Shown here piece by piece: positions 22,080 through 35,200 of a stretch of 64,000 nt of DNA; position 1 is the stretch's first letter; each line of letters opens with the position of its first letter. Under the pieces are notes generated by a model. That model had not been told where the DNA came from and ran no database searches. It was given only the letters and a program-made list of their open reading frames with translations. The position numbers and the translations under genes are program-made. Origin of the DNA: the human T2T-CHM13v2.0 reference genome, Homo sapiens; NCBI RefSeq assembly GCF_009914755.1, contig NC_060935.1. One strand, written 5' to 3'.

Positions 22080-23754
22080 AAATGATACAACTTTATTGAA
22101 AGACACAAAAGATGTCAGCATATATCATGTTCTTGTATAGGATTACTTAATATAATTAAAATGCCTATCATCCCAATTTAATATATACAGTTAATGAAAT
22201 TTTAATTAGAATTGCAAAAAATGTTGGAGAAAATCATTCTAAAATTCACTAGAAGAATAACAGTCTGGTAATTGCAGAGATATTCTGTAAAAGTTGGCTA
22301 ATAAGAAGGTTTTGTCTATTCAAATATTAAATCTTACTTAAACACTATCTTAATTAAACTAGTATGGTAAAAGAGTATATCAGTGGAACAAAGATTAAAA
22401 ATAGATTTGAATATGTATTAGAACTCAGTATATGATAAACATAACATTCTACTTTAGAGTGCAAAAGATAATCAATAAATGTTTTAGATACACATGATTA
22501 TCTATTTGTTAGTACATAAAGTTAGAGACCCTCTTGACATTATATTCAAAATAAATTTCAAGTAGCTTAGTGGTCTAAATGTACATAAGACAATAAAGAT
22601 TTTCAAAAAAATTTTGAAGTTATTTTTATAAACTTGATGGTGCAGAAGATCTTCTGAAACATAATTTAAATATCAGAAGCCAAAAAGAAATAAAATTTAC
22701 ATATTTGAACATAAGAAAGTTAAAATTTTCAAACAAAAGGCAGCAAAAAACAAGCCAAAATACAAACAATAAACTGGAAGAAAATATTTATCAAAGTTAT
22801 AGTAGCCAAAAGGTTCTTAAATATGAAGAGTTCTGCAAACTAAAAAGTAAAGAACATATTAGAAAATGGTAATTTAAAAAAGCAAAGAACATGAAAAGAA
22901 ATTTGGTAGTAACGGAATTGCAAATCCCAACCTCAGTTATAAGGAAGATACGTAAATTAAAATATGAAGACTTTTTCATACAACAGCAATACTAAAAGCA
23001 TGTTAATACTATCTAGTGTTCTGAGAAATGTGTAGAAATAACAACTTTCACAGAATTTTGTTGGGAATATATATTGTTAAAGCTTTATTGAAGGGCAATC
23101 TATGAAATATTTTAATATTTAAAATAAGCATATTCTTTCGGCCGGGCGCGGTAGCTCACACCTATAATCCCAGCACTTTAGGAGGCCGAGGCAGGAGGAT
23201 CACAAGGTCAGGAGATCGAGACCATCCTGGCTAACACGGTGAAACCCCATCTCTACTAAAAACACAACAAATTAGCCGGGCGTGGTGGCGGGCGCCTGTA
23301 GTCCCAGCTACTCAGGAGGCTGAGGCAGAAGAATGGCGTGAACTGGGGAGGCAGAGCTTACAGTGAGTTGAGATCATGCCACTGCACTCCAGCCTGGGTG
23401 AGAGAGCAAGACTCTGTCTCAAAAAAATAAAAATAAATAAATAAATAAATAAAATAAGCGTATTCTTTCATCTTACAATTTCACTCTTACAAATTTGTTT
23501 TACTGAAATATTTGCCTATGAGTACAGAGCTGTAAGTCTAAGGATGACCAATACAATACCGTTTCTAATAACAAAGGATTATAAATAATACAAATACTTA
23601 TTAATAGATAAATGGTTGAGCAAATTACAGTTTGTCCACATTATAAAATAATAGGTGTCAGTCGCTAAAAGAAAGCAGAACTACTGAGTTAGACAGAAGC
23701 TCATTATATATTTAAAAGAAGTGAAAAGTTGTAAAGCAGCATATACAGTGTGGT

Positions 23755-23790
<36 letters not shown>

Positions 23791-23958
23791 AAAGTGCATT
23801 TAGCAAAGAACTAAGATATAAAACTGTTAAATACACATATGATATACACATACATCAGAAAGAATTTGGCAATAAGTTAACACCAGCAATGTCTGGAGGT
23901 TGGGTTATTCGATTTTTTTTGTTTCCCTTTTCTTTACTCTATCCAGAAGCAGGGGCTA
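22080..23958 (+). mobile_element. Ancient L1M (L1ME-like) ORF2 3' part and 3'UTR, host to AluY and MER52
   Basis: Degenerate L1 motifs: actttattgaaagacacaaaa, ttctaaaattcactagaagaataa, cagtggaacaaagatt, ttcaaaataaatttcaagtag, gttgggaatatatattgtta. Confidence 0.7.
23140..23450 (+). mobile_element. AluY with (TAAA)n tail
   Basis: AluY diagnostics (gagatcgagaccatcctggctaacacgg, gaatggcgtgaa, gcagagctt); 19-bp TSD aaaataagc(a/g)tattctttc at 23121-23139 and 23451-23469. Confidence 0.95.
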
Positions 23959-23962
23959 TAAT

Positions 23963-25562
23963 TGTCACGGGACCCTTGGGATGTCGATTTGCCAGCCAGA
24001 AACCTCTGTGGCAGGCAGCGCCTTCTGCCTGAGTATTGCTCGCGCCCACAGGGCTCGTTCCACCCACTTGGCCTGGCAGGCTGCGCTTGGCTCACACTAC
24101 TGGCCTCGATCTCACACCTGCCAAGGGGGAGCCAGGCACGGAGTGGCAAAGAGTGTATGAGCGAATGAGCATGGGGTCCAGCCACTGTGCACAGCCACGC
24201 ATGCTAGCTGCTGTGGCAAGGCAGACAGCTCCAGGCACCAGCACAAGTGCCAGCTTCATGCAAGGCTGTGGCTGGACCAAATGTACCACACATGGCTTCA
24301 GCTATAGGCACCTGCATCTGGATAAGGGGAACACAGTGGCACTGGGAAGCTTGGAGACACCAGGAACCAAAGAGCCCCAAAGAGGGTGTCACAGCCCTGG
24401 CTTGGGGAGCCCCTAGGTCTGGGATCCCTGAAGGGCTGCAGCTCTTCTCTCCTTCTCATCACCCATAATGTGGTAAGCGGGGGAGGGGGGTGTTTCAGCC
24501 CTGTTTGTGTTGCAGCTCTTTCAGTCCCACCATTTGGCAGGTCCTAAGTTCTTGTCCACATCCAGGTAGAATGAGGTACATGGATAATTTGAGGGTGACC
24601 AAGGCGGAGAGGAGACAGAACAGCTTCATCAAGAGGCAGAAGAGCCGAAGTGGGTAGCTCCTTTCTGCAGGCAGGTTGTCCTGAGAAGTATCCAGCTGTC
24701 AATGAAGAGGGATCTGCAGTGGGTGGCTCCTTTCTGCAGGCAGGTTGTCCTGACAAGACAACAGCAACCGAATTGGGTAGTTCTTTCCCACAGCTCATCT
24801 CCAAGGTCTCTGTGAGTCTGGCTGAGTCTGGGGTTTTCATGGGCTTCAGATGGGAGGAAGTGTGTGCGGATTGGTCCATGGGCAGCCAAGAGTAGGTCGG
24901 GAAAAAGCACCATAAGTTCTCACTGTAAGCCACGGACTCTATGCACAGTTGACAGCCTGGCCCCCATGCTTCAGGCCGTTCTTGGCTTGAAGGTGAGGCT
25001 TCACCGGGAACCTACCCCTTTCTGCCCAGGAGCCTGTCTGCTTCCTGCCACCATTGATCATGTCGTCCACAGAGCCTGCAGGCCCACATCGAGCTGCCTC
25101 AGTGCCCCCTCAGCCTCCCTCCCATGCTCACGGGCACCCAAAGTCCAGAGGGGGGGCTGAGGGGGCAGAGGGCTGGCCTGTCAGCCCTGCCGTAAGTGCA
25201 TGCAGCTGGGTCGCGACAGTGCCTAGGCTCAGCCTCAACTTTGCTCTAAAATCAGAGTGGACACCGGGAACAGGGAGAGGCCAGACAGTGGGGGCAGGCA
25301 CTTCTGAGCCTGTGGGGGCCAGGGCTGGAGAGGGACACTTCCCAGCCCCTGAAAGCACAGGGAAACCCAGGTCACTGCTGGGTGGCTGCACAGTTGCACC
25401 CAGGAGGGGGAGGCCCCCACCCCTCCAACTCTGAAAAGGGCTGGGCTCCTGCCTGTTCCTGGCTCCAACTGGCTCTGTGGAGCGCGCAGCCCCAGCTGTG
25501 CCTACCCCGCTGCAGTTGGCGTCTTCTCAGTGGCCGCTCCACACAGGCTGCAGCTGCCCTCA
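23963..25562 (-). mobile_element. Solo LTR, MER52 family (ERV1), about 1.6 kb, GC-rich
   Basis: TG...CA termini (tgtcacgggacccttggg...gcagctgccctca) and exact 4-bp TSD taat at 23959-23962 and 25563-25566; internal repeats gtgggt(a/g)gctcctttctgcaggcaggttgtcctga typical of this family. Confidence 0.88.
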
Positions 25563-26200
25563 TAATGTAATATGAAAGTATCAATATTTATCCTTTTAAC
25601 TTATGAAGGGGAAGCAAATACATTAGTATTTGCTAAAAGCTTTCAAAATTCTTGGGGTGGGGATGGTATATGAAAGCACAAAGCAGTTAGTTGCAATAAG
25701 TTCTGATTTATTAGAGAAATAAACATTTACTAGGCAAAGAACCTTAGAATAACTGGAATTCATCAAGTTACCACTCTTTTTTTTTTTTGAAAAGACCAAA
25801 CAATTTTGGAATAACTCCACATAGATGAAACAACGTAAACTGCCATGGCTAAAGCCAGAACTCTTGTAATGTCTGTTAAAGTGACAGGTAATTTGAAAGC
25901 TGAATGAACCAGTGCCCATTCACTGATGTAGGTGACAATACAGGACTCTCCATGTGTCCACATGTCTTCACTGATGATTAGGAGGTACAACATGGAGAAG
26001 AGTGTTCCAACCCCTAAGGTGTTATCTGGGTGCTAAGATAACAGTTGTCTATTAAAATCATTAGGGAAATTTTTAAACAAAATAAAGTTGCCTAAATATA
26101 TAATTGAGAATTCTCAGTGCTAGCAAATATCAGAAAAGAGAGTAAAGCTATCAGTATTAGGCCCCTCCAATGTGTGGGGAACAGTGCAGGTGACATAGAC

Positions 26201-26753
26201 TGTTAAACCAAGTTTAGCCTAAAGCTGCCTCCTTACCTATCTTAAATTCAGCCCAAAGATTTTTCTGTACATTATGAACTATAACAAGTGGAGCTGTAAA
26301 CAGACCATAGCCTACACTTCTGCCAATCACTGAGTTTTGGCCAATTAAATGTAGCCAACTCTGAACTGAAAGTCTCCTTTACTCCTTCAAGTGATTCTCC
26401 TGCCTCAGCCTCCCATGTAGGTGGGCTTACAGGCCTGTGCCCCTATGACTGGCTTGTGTGTGTGTGTGTATGTGTGTATTTTTAGTAGAGATGTGGTTTC
26501 ACCATGTTAACCAGGCTGGTCTTGAATTCCTGACCTCAAATAAGGCAAAGAGCGAGCTGTAACCAATCCAGTTGTTTCTGTACCTCACTTCTGTTTTATA
26601 TATGTCACTTTCCTTCTTCTGTCCATAAATCTTCTTCCACCAATTGACTGCACTGGAGTCTACCCTAGCGGGGAAGGCTGCCCACTTCGCAAATACTTCA
26701 TTGCTCAATTAAACTCCTTTAAATTTAATTCAGCTAAAGTTTTACTTTTGTCA
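26201..26753 (+). mobile_element. Solo LTR, MER57 family (ERV1), interrupted by an Alu fragment
   Basis: tgttaaaccaagtttagcctaaagctgcctccttac start; agctgtaaccaatccagttgtttctgtacctcacttc; caattaaactcctttaaatttaattcagctaaagtttt...tca end. Confidence 0.85.
26386..26541 (-). mobile_element. Internal AluS fragment truncated at both ends, with central linker turned into (TG)n
   Basis: ttcaagtgattctcctgcctcagcctcc...gtatttttagtagag...ggctggtcttgaattcctgacctcaa; no Alu 5' end, 3' end, poly(A) or TSD. Confidence 0.85.
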
Positions 26754-27059
26754 ATATTTATCTTTTCAGTTGATCCTTTTTAAAGATGCACTCATGGGTG
26801 ACTCAGAGAGGTTAAAAGGTTTTGTTTTGTGGGTTTTGGTTGTTGCTTCACATAGGTTCGCTAAGTCAGTAAATGGAGTATATTGAATTTCCACTGACTA
26901 TTGACTCTTTTATCCAGCTGACTCACTAATTTCTTAGAGTATTACTTTGCTCTTCTTGGAATTGCTTTTTCTATAGTGTCACCTACATATAATGCTAAAT
27001 TTTCTACTGTTTTATTAAAAAGTTATACTGCTTATGCTATTATGTCTTGCATTATTAGA

Positions 27060-28050
27060 ATCTTCAAAACAGTAAGAGTACAAGCAGTGATCAAATTATG
27101 TTTTCTGATTTTGTTATTCATGCTTTAAAAGTTGTACTGTTATTGTTTACTGTTGCATTCAAGTAAATAGCCTTTATCATAGGAAGAAAGTTCCCTTTAC
27201 TCCTATTTTACAATAAATTAAAAAAATTGGAAATCGCTGCCAACTTTCGTCAAATGTTTTATCTTTATAATCCATATGTAATCATGAAATTTTTGGTATT
27301 ATTTATACTTTAAAATGTACTTGGTGACTTTATTTTCTCTTACATTAATCCCACCTCATATTGATACTTAATTTCCCTCTAGTGTCTTTTGATTCATTTT
27401 ATTGTTCCTTTTTTATTTTCTTCAGTTTAAGACAATTTTATTTTCGATTTTTATTTTTGATAATAAAAGCATTACATCTGCAATTTCCTCTGAATGAACT
27501 TTTAGCTGTACCCATAAGTTTCTTTTTTAAAATCTTTTAAATTTTATTTTATTTTAGATTCAGGAAGTACATGTGCAGGTTTGTTACATGAGTATATCGC
27601 ATAAGTTTCTAGATGAAATGTTCTATTTTATATTGATTTCAGAGTAATCTATGATTTCAGCTTTTTTTTATATATAGGTTCTATTTTAAAAAGAAGTGTC
27701 ATTTCATTTTCAATGGCTAAGGCTTTTTGTTTCTTTGGGGCTCTTCATTATTTTGTTTTGTTTTGCTTCTGTGAGTTTTTCCTTTGACCTTGAAATCAAA
27801 TTAACCAGATAGTAATAGTCCATTCTCTTCTTTCAATTAGTTTGCTATTTCCTGATATGTTATTCACCTACACTTTTGTTTAAAAATAATCTGTCATTGG
27901 TTTTAGGTATATTTATTTCTAAGCAGTGTACAGCTGATATTTATTTTTAGACTAATTTGAGAGCCTATCTTTTTATAATAGTCATCCCACTCATATTAAT
28001 TTTGACAACATATATGATGGTTTTATTTTTCTCATACTATACTTACTTTT
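27060..28050 (-). mobile_element. Ancient L1M remnant
   Basis: Antisense L1 motifs aagttccctttactcctattt, tcaaatgtttt, aatttcctctgaatgaacttttagctgtacccataagttt. Confidence 0.55.
27524..27599 (-). mobile_element. Ultra-short (76 bp) L1PA16/L1PB-type 3'-end insertion
   Basis: T-rich tail plus ttagattcaggaagtacatgtgcaggtttgttacatgagtatat, bracketed by exact 11-bp TSD cataagtttct at 27513-27523 and 27600-27610. Confidence 0.85.
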
Positions 28051-28370
28051 ATATGTTTGGTTTGGTCCTTTCTTTTTTCTACTTCTTTGCTTTTGTTATA
28101 TTCTTCTTAAATATTACTTTCCTTCTTCATAATAGTGTAGGAATCCCACCACATATCTCAATTAACTGTAGACCATCTTTCCTTTTTTTAATAATCATAT
28201 TTAAATCAGTGGTCTTCAAAAATTAAATAAGACCACACTCCTCTATCAACTGTTTACTATTATTTCACTCCCTTTACAATCCAATGTTTGTTTCACTAAA
28301 ATAATGTAGAATTGGAGTCTCTGTGTTAACTTCCGAGAGCTACTTGAAGCAAACCTTGTAGTCATAAATA

Positions 28371-28686
28371 TTTATTTATTTATTTTGAGATGGAGACTTG
28401 CTTTGTCACCTGAGTGGAGTGCAGTAGCAGTATCTTGGCTCACTGAAGCCTCAGCCTCCTGGGTTCAAGCAATTCTCCTGCCTTAGCTTCCTGAGAGGCT
28501 GGGGCTACAAGTGTGTACCCTGACAACTGGCTTTTTTTTTTTTTTTTTTTTTTTTTTGTATTTTCAGTAGAGGTGGTGTTTCACTATGTTGGCCACGGCT
28601 GGTCTTGAACACCTAACCTAAAGTGATCTGCCCACCCCAGTCTCCCAAAGTGCTGGGATTATAGGCATGAACCACCATGCCTGACC
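28371..28686 (-). mobile_element. Diverged AluS/J
   Basis: Antisense Alu (ttttgagatggag...ctcccaaagtgctgggattataggcatgaaccaccatgcctgacc) with a long central T tract; near-TSD cata(a/c)atattt at 28363 and 28689. Confidence 0.9.
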
Positions 28687-30650
28687 ACCATACATATTTC
28701 AAAAAATAAAATGCAATTTCTGTAACTTCCCTCAAGTTTATCAATGTTGAAGTAGAGCTTTTCATACCATATTTATTCATTATTGTCCCAACAATAATCC
28801 AGGTGATTGTACAGAAGAATCTTTCAATTTCATTTTAAAGTTTTCAATCCATCAGTTGTTTTCTTTCAAACATTGATTGCCTTCCATGTTTTATGAAGTT
28901 GAATATTTACCCTTGCCTATCCAGAGAGAAGCATTATAAACAGTTTTTACAAATGAGTGTCCTATCCTCCAAATTATAAGTTCTAAAAAATGAAAATTCA
29001 TTTGAAATATCCTGTTTGAGAATGAATATATGGCAAATAACAATGTAATTTTAAAGCAATCTTTAATGAGTCTCTATTGGATGGTCAGGTAATATATTAA
29101 TCAGTGTAGCAGGATCTATTTTTTCCTCTTTGTAATTTGATAAGTGAAAGGTGGTCTGCTCTAAAGTACAAATATATTTTTACAAAGGCATGAAATTCTA
29201 ATACTCATTTCGTCAGAATCATTATTATTGGTTATCCATTCAGTGATAAGAAGTAAATTATAGCCTATCACTTCTAGTTTTTACCACCTAATTGGATAGG
29301 TTTAAAAGTGTGTTTAGAGAAAACAAAGAAAAAAAAGAAAAACTGGATGAAGACTACACAATGTGCAACTTACTAAGTGAAAGTCAGAGGAAGGAAGCCT
29401 CTGTTAATGAACTGTACCAAGAAATGACTTGGATTCAGAGAGCAATGGTAGAGATGCCTCAAAAGCCTACTCTTGTTCAAACTCCTTACAGGCTATTTCT
29501 AATGCATTAAAAGCATCTGTTACCACATGTCCTACCAAACATGCCAATAAGTGAGACAAGAAAACGTCCTAAACTTTATACATTGCATGCCAAGTGAAAA
29601 GCAAATCATACTCAGTCTTGCAAAATGCAAAGCCAACAAAATGAATGAAATATTATTTATATGTGCTTTGGTGCAAAAAGTTCCCAACAGATAAAAAAAT
29701 AACTGTTTTTTGTCTGTGGTTCTGAACTGTGAATAAGATTATAAAATAAAGAGTTGAAGCTAGTAATTTTATTACTATAAAAATCCAGCTTATTTAAATA
29801 TTAATCTTTTCAAATGAGGAAGGCAAGCATTCCATTAAAAGATGTTATTTGAAGACTGTGCTCAAACTATAGAGAATATCCCCTGGAAATTATTCCTAGT
29901 CAGGGACTTGTGCCCCAGAAATAAAGGCTAGCATGTGCTCCTTACTGCATTTCAAACAATATATCCTAGCAAAAAAAAAAAAAAAAAAAAATTCATACAA
30001 GCATCTGGTAAGGATAAAAAAATAGAAATCAACTTCATAAAAATTTGAACTTAATTTCAAAAAGATTTTATATGGTTCAAGCAAGGCATTTTGAGATTTA
30101 TCTCATCGCCAACTGGCAATAGTATTGCTTGTATTTTTGTGCTGTCCTCAAACCCAGTGGCAAATGGAAAGTCACCCTTTGAGGGATTCACAGCACAGTA
30201 GAGTAGAAAAGTCCTCCAGTGAGCTCTACTCAGATTCATAATTGTTTGACCTTGGCAATGTCATTTAATCACTCTGAGTTCCAGTTCTTAAATATCTAAT
30301 ATACAAATAGAGGGGAAAACTATTTGAAATATTTTGCTTGAAGGATGAATACATGGCAAATAAGAATGTAAGTTTAAAGCAATCCTCCATGATTATCTGA
30401 TATTCAGATGATGTATTAATTCCACTGGAATATTATGATCTATTTTTTTCTTCTTTATCGTTAGATATGTGAAAGAATTTTTGTTAAAAAAAATAAAACT
30501 TTTTGCAGTGGCGTACAATTGGAATACTAATTTCATGAGAGATTTGGTCTTTACAGGTATTAGCCTAATTGATGTGAAGGACTTTGGGGGTTCACTGTTC
30601 TTTCTCCAGGAAAATGCAAGAACCATGGGGTCCAGCTAGTATTGTCCTGA

Positions 30651-30956
<306 letters not shown>

Positions 30957-31892
30957 TAGATGTTCTTGGTTGTAGGCGTAGAGCTGGAAATGATATCCAA
31001 AGCAAAATCTTCTACAGTTTTCAGATCCTATGTCAGCATAGAGCCTGATTACCAAATAAAAATAGAGTCAATGAGAATGGTAAGCCAACGTGAAGTAACA
31101 GGAGAAATAAGAGTCAAAGTATGCCAAGGAGAAAGAAGTCGAGGCTGGACAGAATTCCTTTTTTCTCCAGCATAAGAACTGAGAGTAGTTTTTCAGGAAA
31201 ACTTCAGAGTCTAGGCTTGAGCAAGCAGGGAAACAATGAATAAAAAGACATTAATATCTTTTCTGAGCATCCTCACATTCTGTACCCTATGCTTCCCCTT
31301 TGCTGAGACTCTAGTTTCAGGGCGATCCTGTGGTAACCTTTTGCCCTTACAGTGCATGGAGGAGTAATGTACTCCCATTTCCCAGCTATATCAGAAATAC
31401 CAATTTTGGTATCCTTGATGATTCTTTTTCTGATTATCCATTCATTTTCCTGAGTTTCCTGCTTATTATCATTGGGATTCTACATCTATTGAAGCATCTG
31501 CATTTGAATTAAGGTAAAATTCTGGGCCATACGCCAAAATCTCAACCTCAATGCACCAGCCACTAGATAAATAATAACAGAAGGCACTCTTTTGATATGA
31601 TATTTTCTTTTTATGTCCCTCACAAAATACAGAGGTCAGTTTGTAATATTGGAATTTCTATTTCTTCCTGTAATCTTGTCCCTGTGGCTTTATCTGGTGT
31701 TTCAGCCAATGGCCAGCAGTCAGACAATCTTTTGACCTAATCTGTCTAGAATACTTGGCCAGCCTGAGTGATGTTATTTCTATCAGGTTGAACTCTTACA
31801 AATGTGTTCAGATTGAAACAGCAGATAGAAGATGGAAATGGGAAACTTAACACTCACCCCTTGAAATAGCACTATTTCTTGAAAAATGGCAC

Positions 31893-32240
31893 TGTATTTA
31901 TGTGTTTCACACTGTTATAAAGAATACCTGAGACTAGGTAATTTAGAAACAAAAGAGGTTTAATTGATTCACAGTTCCACATGGCTGAAGAGGCTTCAGG
32001 AAACTTACAATCATGGCAGAAGGTGAAGGGAAAGCAAGGCACGTCTTACATGGCGGCAGGCGAGAGGTGAGAGAGAAGGAAAAACTCCCACTTTTAAAAC
32101 CATCAGATCTCATGACAACTCCCTTGCTATCATGAAACCACCCCCATGATCCAGTCACCTTCCACCAAGTCCCTCTTTTGACACGTGGGTATTACGGTTC
32201 ACAATGAGATTTTGATGGGATACAGAGCCAAATCGTATCA
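31893..32240 (-). mobile_element. MaLR solo LTR (THE1D/MSTA-like)
   Basis: tgtatt...tatca termini; aaaagaggtttaattgattcacagttccacatggct, caggaaacttacaatcatggcagaagg, aaaccatcagatctc; degenerate 5-bp TSD ggcac/gatac. Confidence 0.88.
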
Positions 32241-35200
32241 GATACAAACTAACCAGCCCACCCAAATACTATCTTTAGTAATTTACATAGATTATCTCTA
32301 GAAAATTAGTGAAGACCTGCAAATCCCAAAATGATCACCATCATAGAAACTTTGGCTGGGCCCGATGAGGCTACTGCCTTTGTTAGCTTTGATTAAGCTA
32401 AAAAGAAACATGCTTATCTTGAGTTATGATAACCCCCACCCATCCGTCATGCATATTTGGCTTCTGAATATGTTTATTTCTAAATATGTGTGCAGTTAAC
32501 TATCTTAAAGCAGGCTTCTCACTCTACTTCAGCTTTTTCTTGCTTTTGTTGAGAATAAAAAAGGTTTCAAAATAAAAAGTTAGGTGCATAGAGCATGGGT
32601 TTAAATACTATTTCTGTCATTTTCTATTTGTATACCTGAAGCAAATTACTTAGTCTTAGCTTCCTTATGCATAAAATGGAAGAAAAGCATAGTGCCTATC
32701 TCAAAATGTTATCCCTCTGCCTGGAATTTTCTTTTCCCTGATATCCACAAGAATACTCTCTTACCTTCTTCAGGTTTTTGTTGAAATGTTACCTTATGAG
32801 AGGCTTTTGATTGATTATACCACTTAAAATTACCTTTCCAAGCACTTCAGATCTCTCCCTCTTTATTTTTCTCTTTAGCAGTCACACTACATATTTTCTT
32901 TATTTGTTTTTTGTTTTTCCTTCTCCCCATCTCCCACCCCCACTAGAATGTAGGCGGGATTTCATCTGTCTGTTCACTGCCACATCTTCAACATTGGATT
33001 ATGCCTAACACGTGGTCTCAATAAAGAGAAGTACTTAACATACTATGTAGCACAGTGAATCAAATAGAAACTATTGATAATTTTAAAATTATATTATTTC
33101 ATCAAGTAAGACTACATGTAGAAATAAAATGTTTCTATAGAGTCCAATCATATAGCATAAACAGAGAAAAACAAATGCCTATAATAACCAGTAACAACTT
33201 TAGTTCTATAAATATTACCATGCATTTATTATTCATTCATTCATTTATTCAAAGAGTATGTTATGCCTACTCTGTGTACAGCACAATATCTTTCTTTCTT
33301 AAAAATTTGTTGAAGTAGCATTCTTTGATCTTTACATGGCTTATATAAAACAGCAGTTCTATTTTGGCTTGATTTTCTGTTCTGACTATCTACAACAGGG
33401 ATCAGCAATCTATTAAAAGGATGTATCAAGGCACTTCATTTTCTGGGGAGGAGGGAGTGCTGATCAGTTACAAGTACTGACATAGCTTGAGAGAAAGACT
33501 GCAATAATGTAAACTCCACAAGGATTTTTCTCTGTTTGTTCTCAGAAGTACCCCCAGGACTTAGATTAGTCTGTGGAATGTGATAAACACTCAATAATTT
33601 CTTAATATATTAATGGCTGAAGGCACGTGGTGCAGCCTGCCAGCTCCTCTGAAGGCTGTTGGCATCACTTTACAGCTAGGAGAAAAGATTTGTGGTACAA
33701 TCCATCAACTCACCTGAGCAATAGTTTTACTATGCATCCACATGTTTTCAACTCCTGGTCTTTGCCACCCTGAGTTCACTAGATAAGCAATTATATGTCC
33801 CAAAACATCATATCGTCACAGTCTCCAGAATCTTGATGTGGTGGAAAATGTATAGGCTTTGTAGTTAGGCAGACTTGGATTTGAATCCTGGCTCCATCAC
33901 TTATTTGGCTACCAGCAAAACTTCAAATTTCTCTGAGACTAAGTTTCTTCCTTTATAAGTTGAGGATTATAATGCCTAACTTAAAGGGTTCTAGGTATTA
34001 AATAATGGTATGAAAACTGACTTAAATTTAATGGAGTAGACATTGTTGAATGCCATAGCAGTATTTCAGAAAAGATATATAAATATGAGCATATCCTCAG
34101 GAGAGTATAATGACAGCAAAGAATTGTTAGTATTAGGCATTATTATTACAAATATTATCTGAACACTGCATCTAGAAAAAATTAACCTGAGTGTTATCTT
34201 AAAACGTAAACCCTCTCTTTATAGTTAAAGTTAAAATGTGGTGGGTTTTTTTGCACTTACTTGAAGTTCATCTATTCCTTACAAAAGCAGAAAAGCAGTT
34301 TAGAAAAGTAACTTTAATTCAGTTCAAAGAATATGAGAATCTTAAAATTAACCTAAATGTAGGGGTGGGAAGAGACAGTTTCTAAAATAAGACACATTTA
34401 CCTTATTTTTTATTACAGATTGTACATCTCTGTATGAATACATAATAGATCTTAAAATATCAAACAATAATATGGGTCATGTCTGAGTATGTGGCATATT
34501 GGAAATAATCTGGTTAATGAGTCAACCCAGGTTCTCAGACAGCAAACATACATGAAACAAAACCTCTGAGCTCTGATTTAAACCCCTCCAAATAGGAATC
34601 TGGGTCCCCTTACTTGCCTGTGAAAGATAAAACCAATGCATGTAAATATTTTGTGTAGAGCCTGCATATGAATGACAAGGAAGTCAACTCAAGGACATGA
34701 ATGGTTCATGGGGTATGATGATTCTAGACCTCATGATTCAGTTCACATTAGAGGAGAATAAAGATCTCTCTTTCTCACAAAAATCAGAAGTGATACATAT
34801 TGATCACTCAGAAAGCTACAGATATAATGGATCTTGTCTTTTTCTGAAGTTCCTTGAGATAATTTTTGTGAAGTCACTTAATCCCATTTTTTTTCACAGA
34901 AGGAATACAACAACGTTTTGACAGAAAAAAAGTTTTACTTAAATAGCATAATAGTAATTGCTGACAATTCATCTCTGAACTAAGTACCTGCACCCACACA
35001 GATCATTTCTTTCAAGCCTCACAACAACCTTGTGAGAAATACTCCGTTTAAAGATGGGGCTACTGAGGTTACTGAGATATTTACACAGAAGTGACAATTA
35101 GGATTCACATGTCTTTCTCCATATCGTGCTTCCACTTATGGATCATTCTTGCATTATATCCCGCCTCCAACTAAAAAAATTCAACAAATTATTGCTTGAG

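Noticed and set aside
24651-24790. ~35-bp direct repeats with spacers, superficially CRISPR-like
   Set aside because: Only 2-3 degenerate copies inside a primate ERV1 LTR where such internal repeats are normal; eukaryotic context with no cas genes.
23721-25584. Dense overlapping ORFs up to 129 aa on both strands
   Set aside because: Expected from stop-codon scarcity in the GC-rich MER52 LTR; no recognisable protein motifs.
29292-29510. 72-aa hydrophilic ORF (MDRFKSVFRENKEKK...)
   Set aside because: Starts at a non-ATG codon, shows no recognisable homology, and has no clear flanking splice sites.
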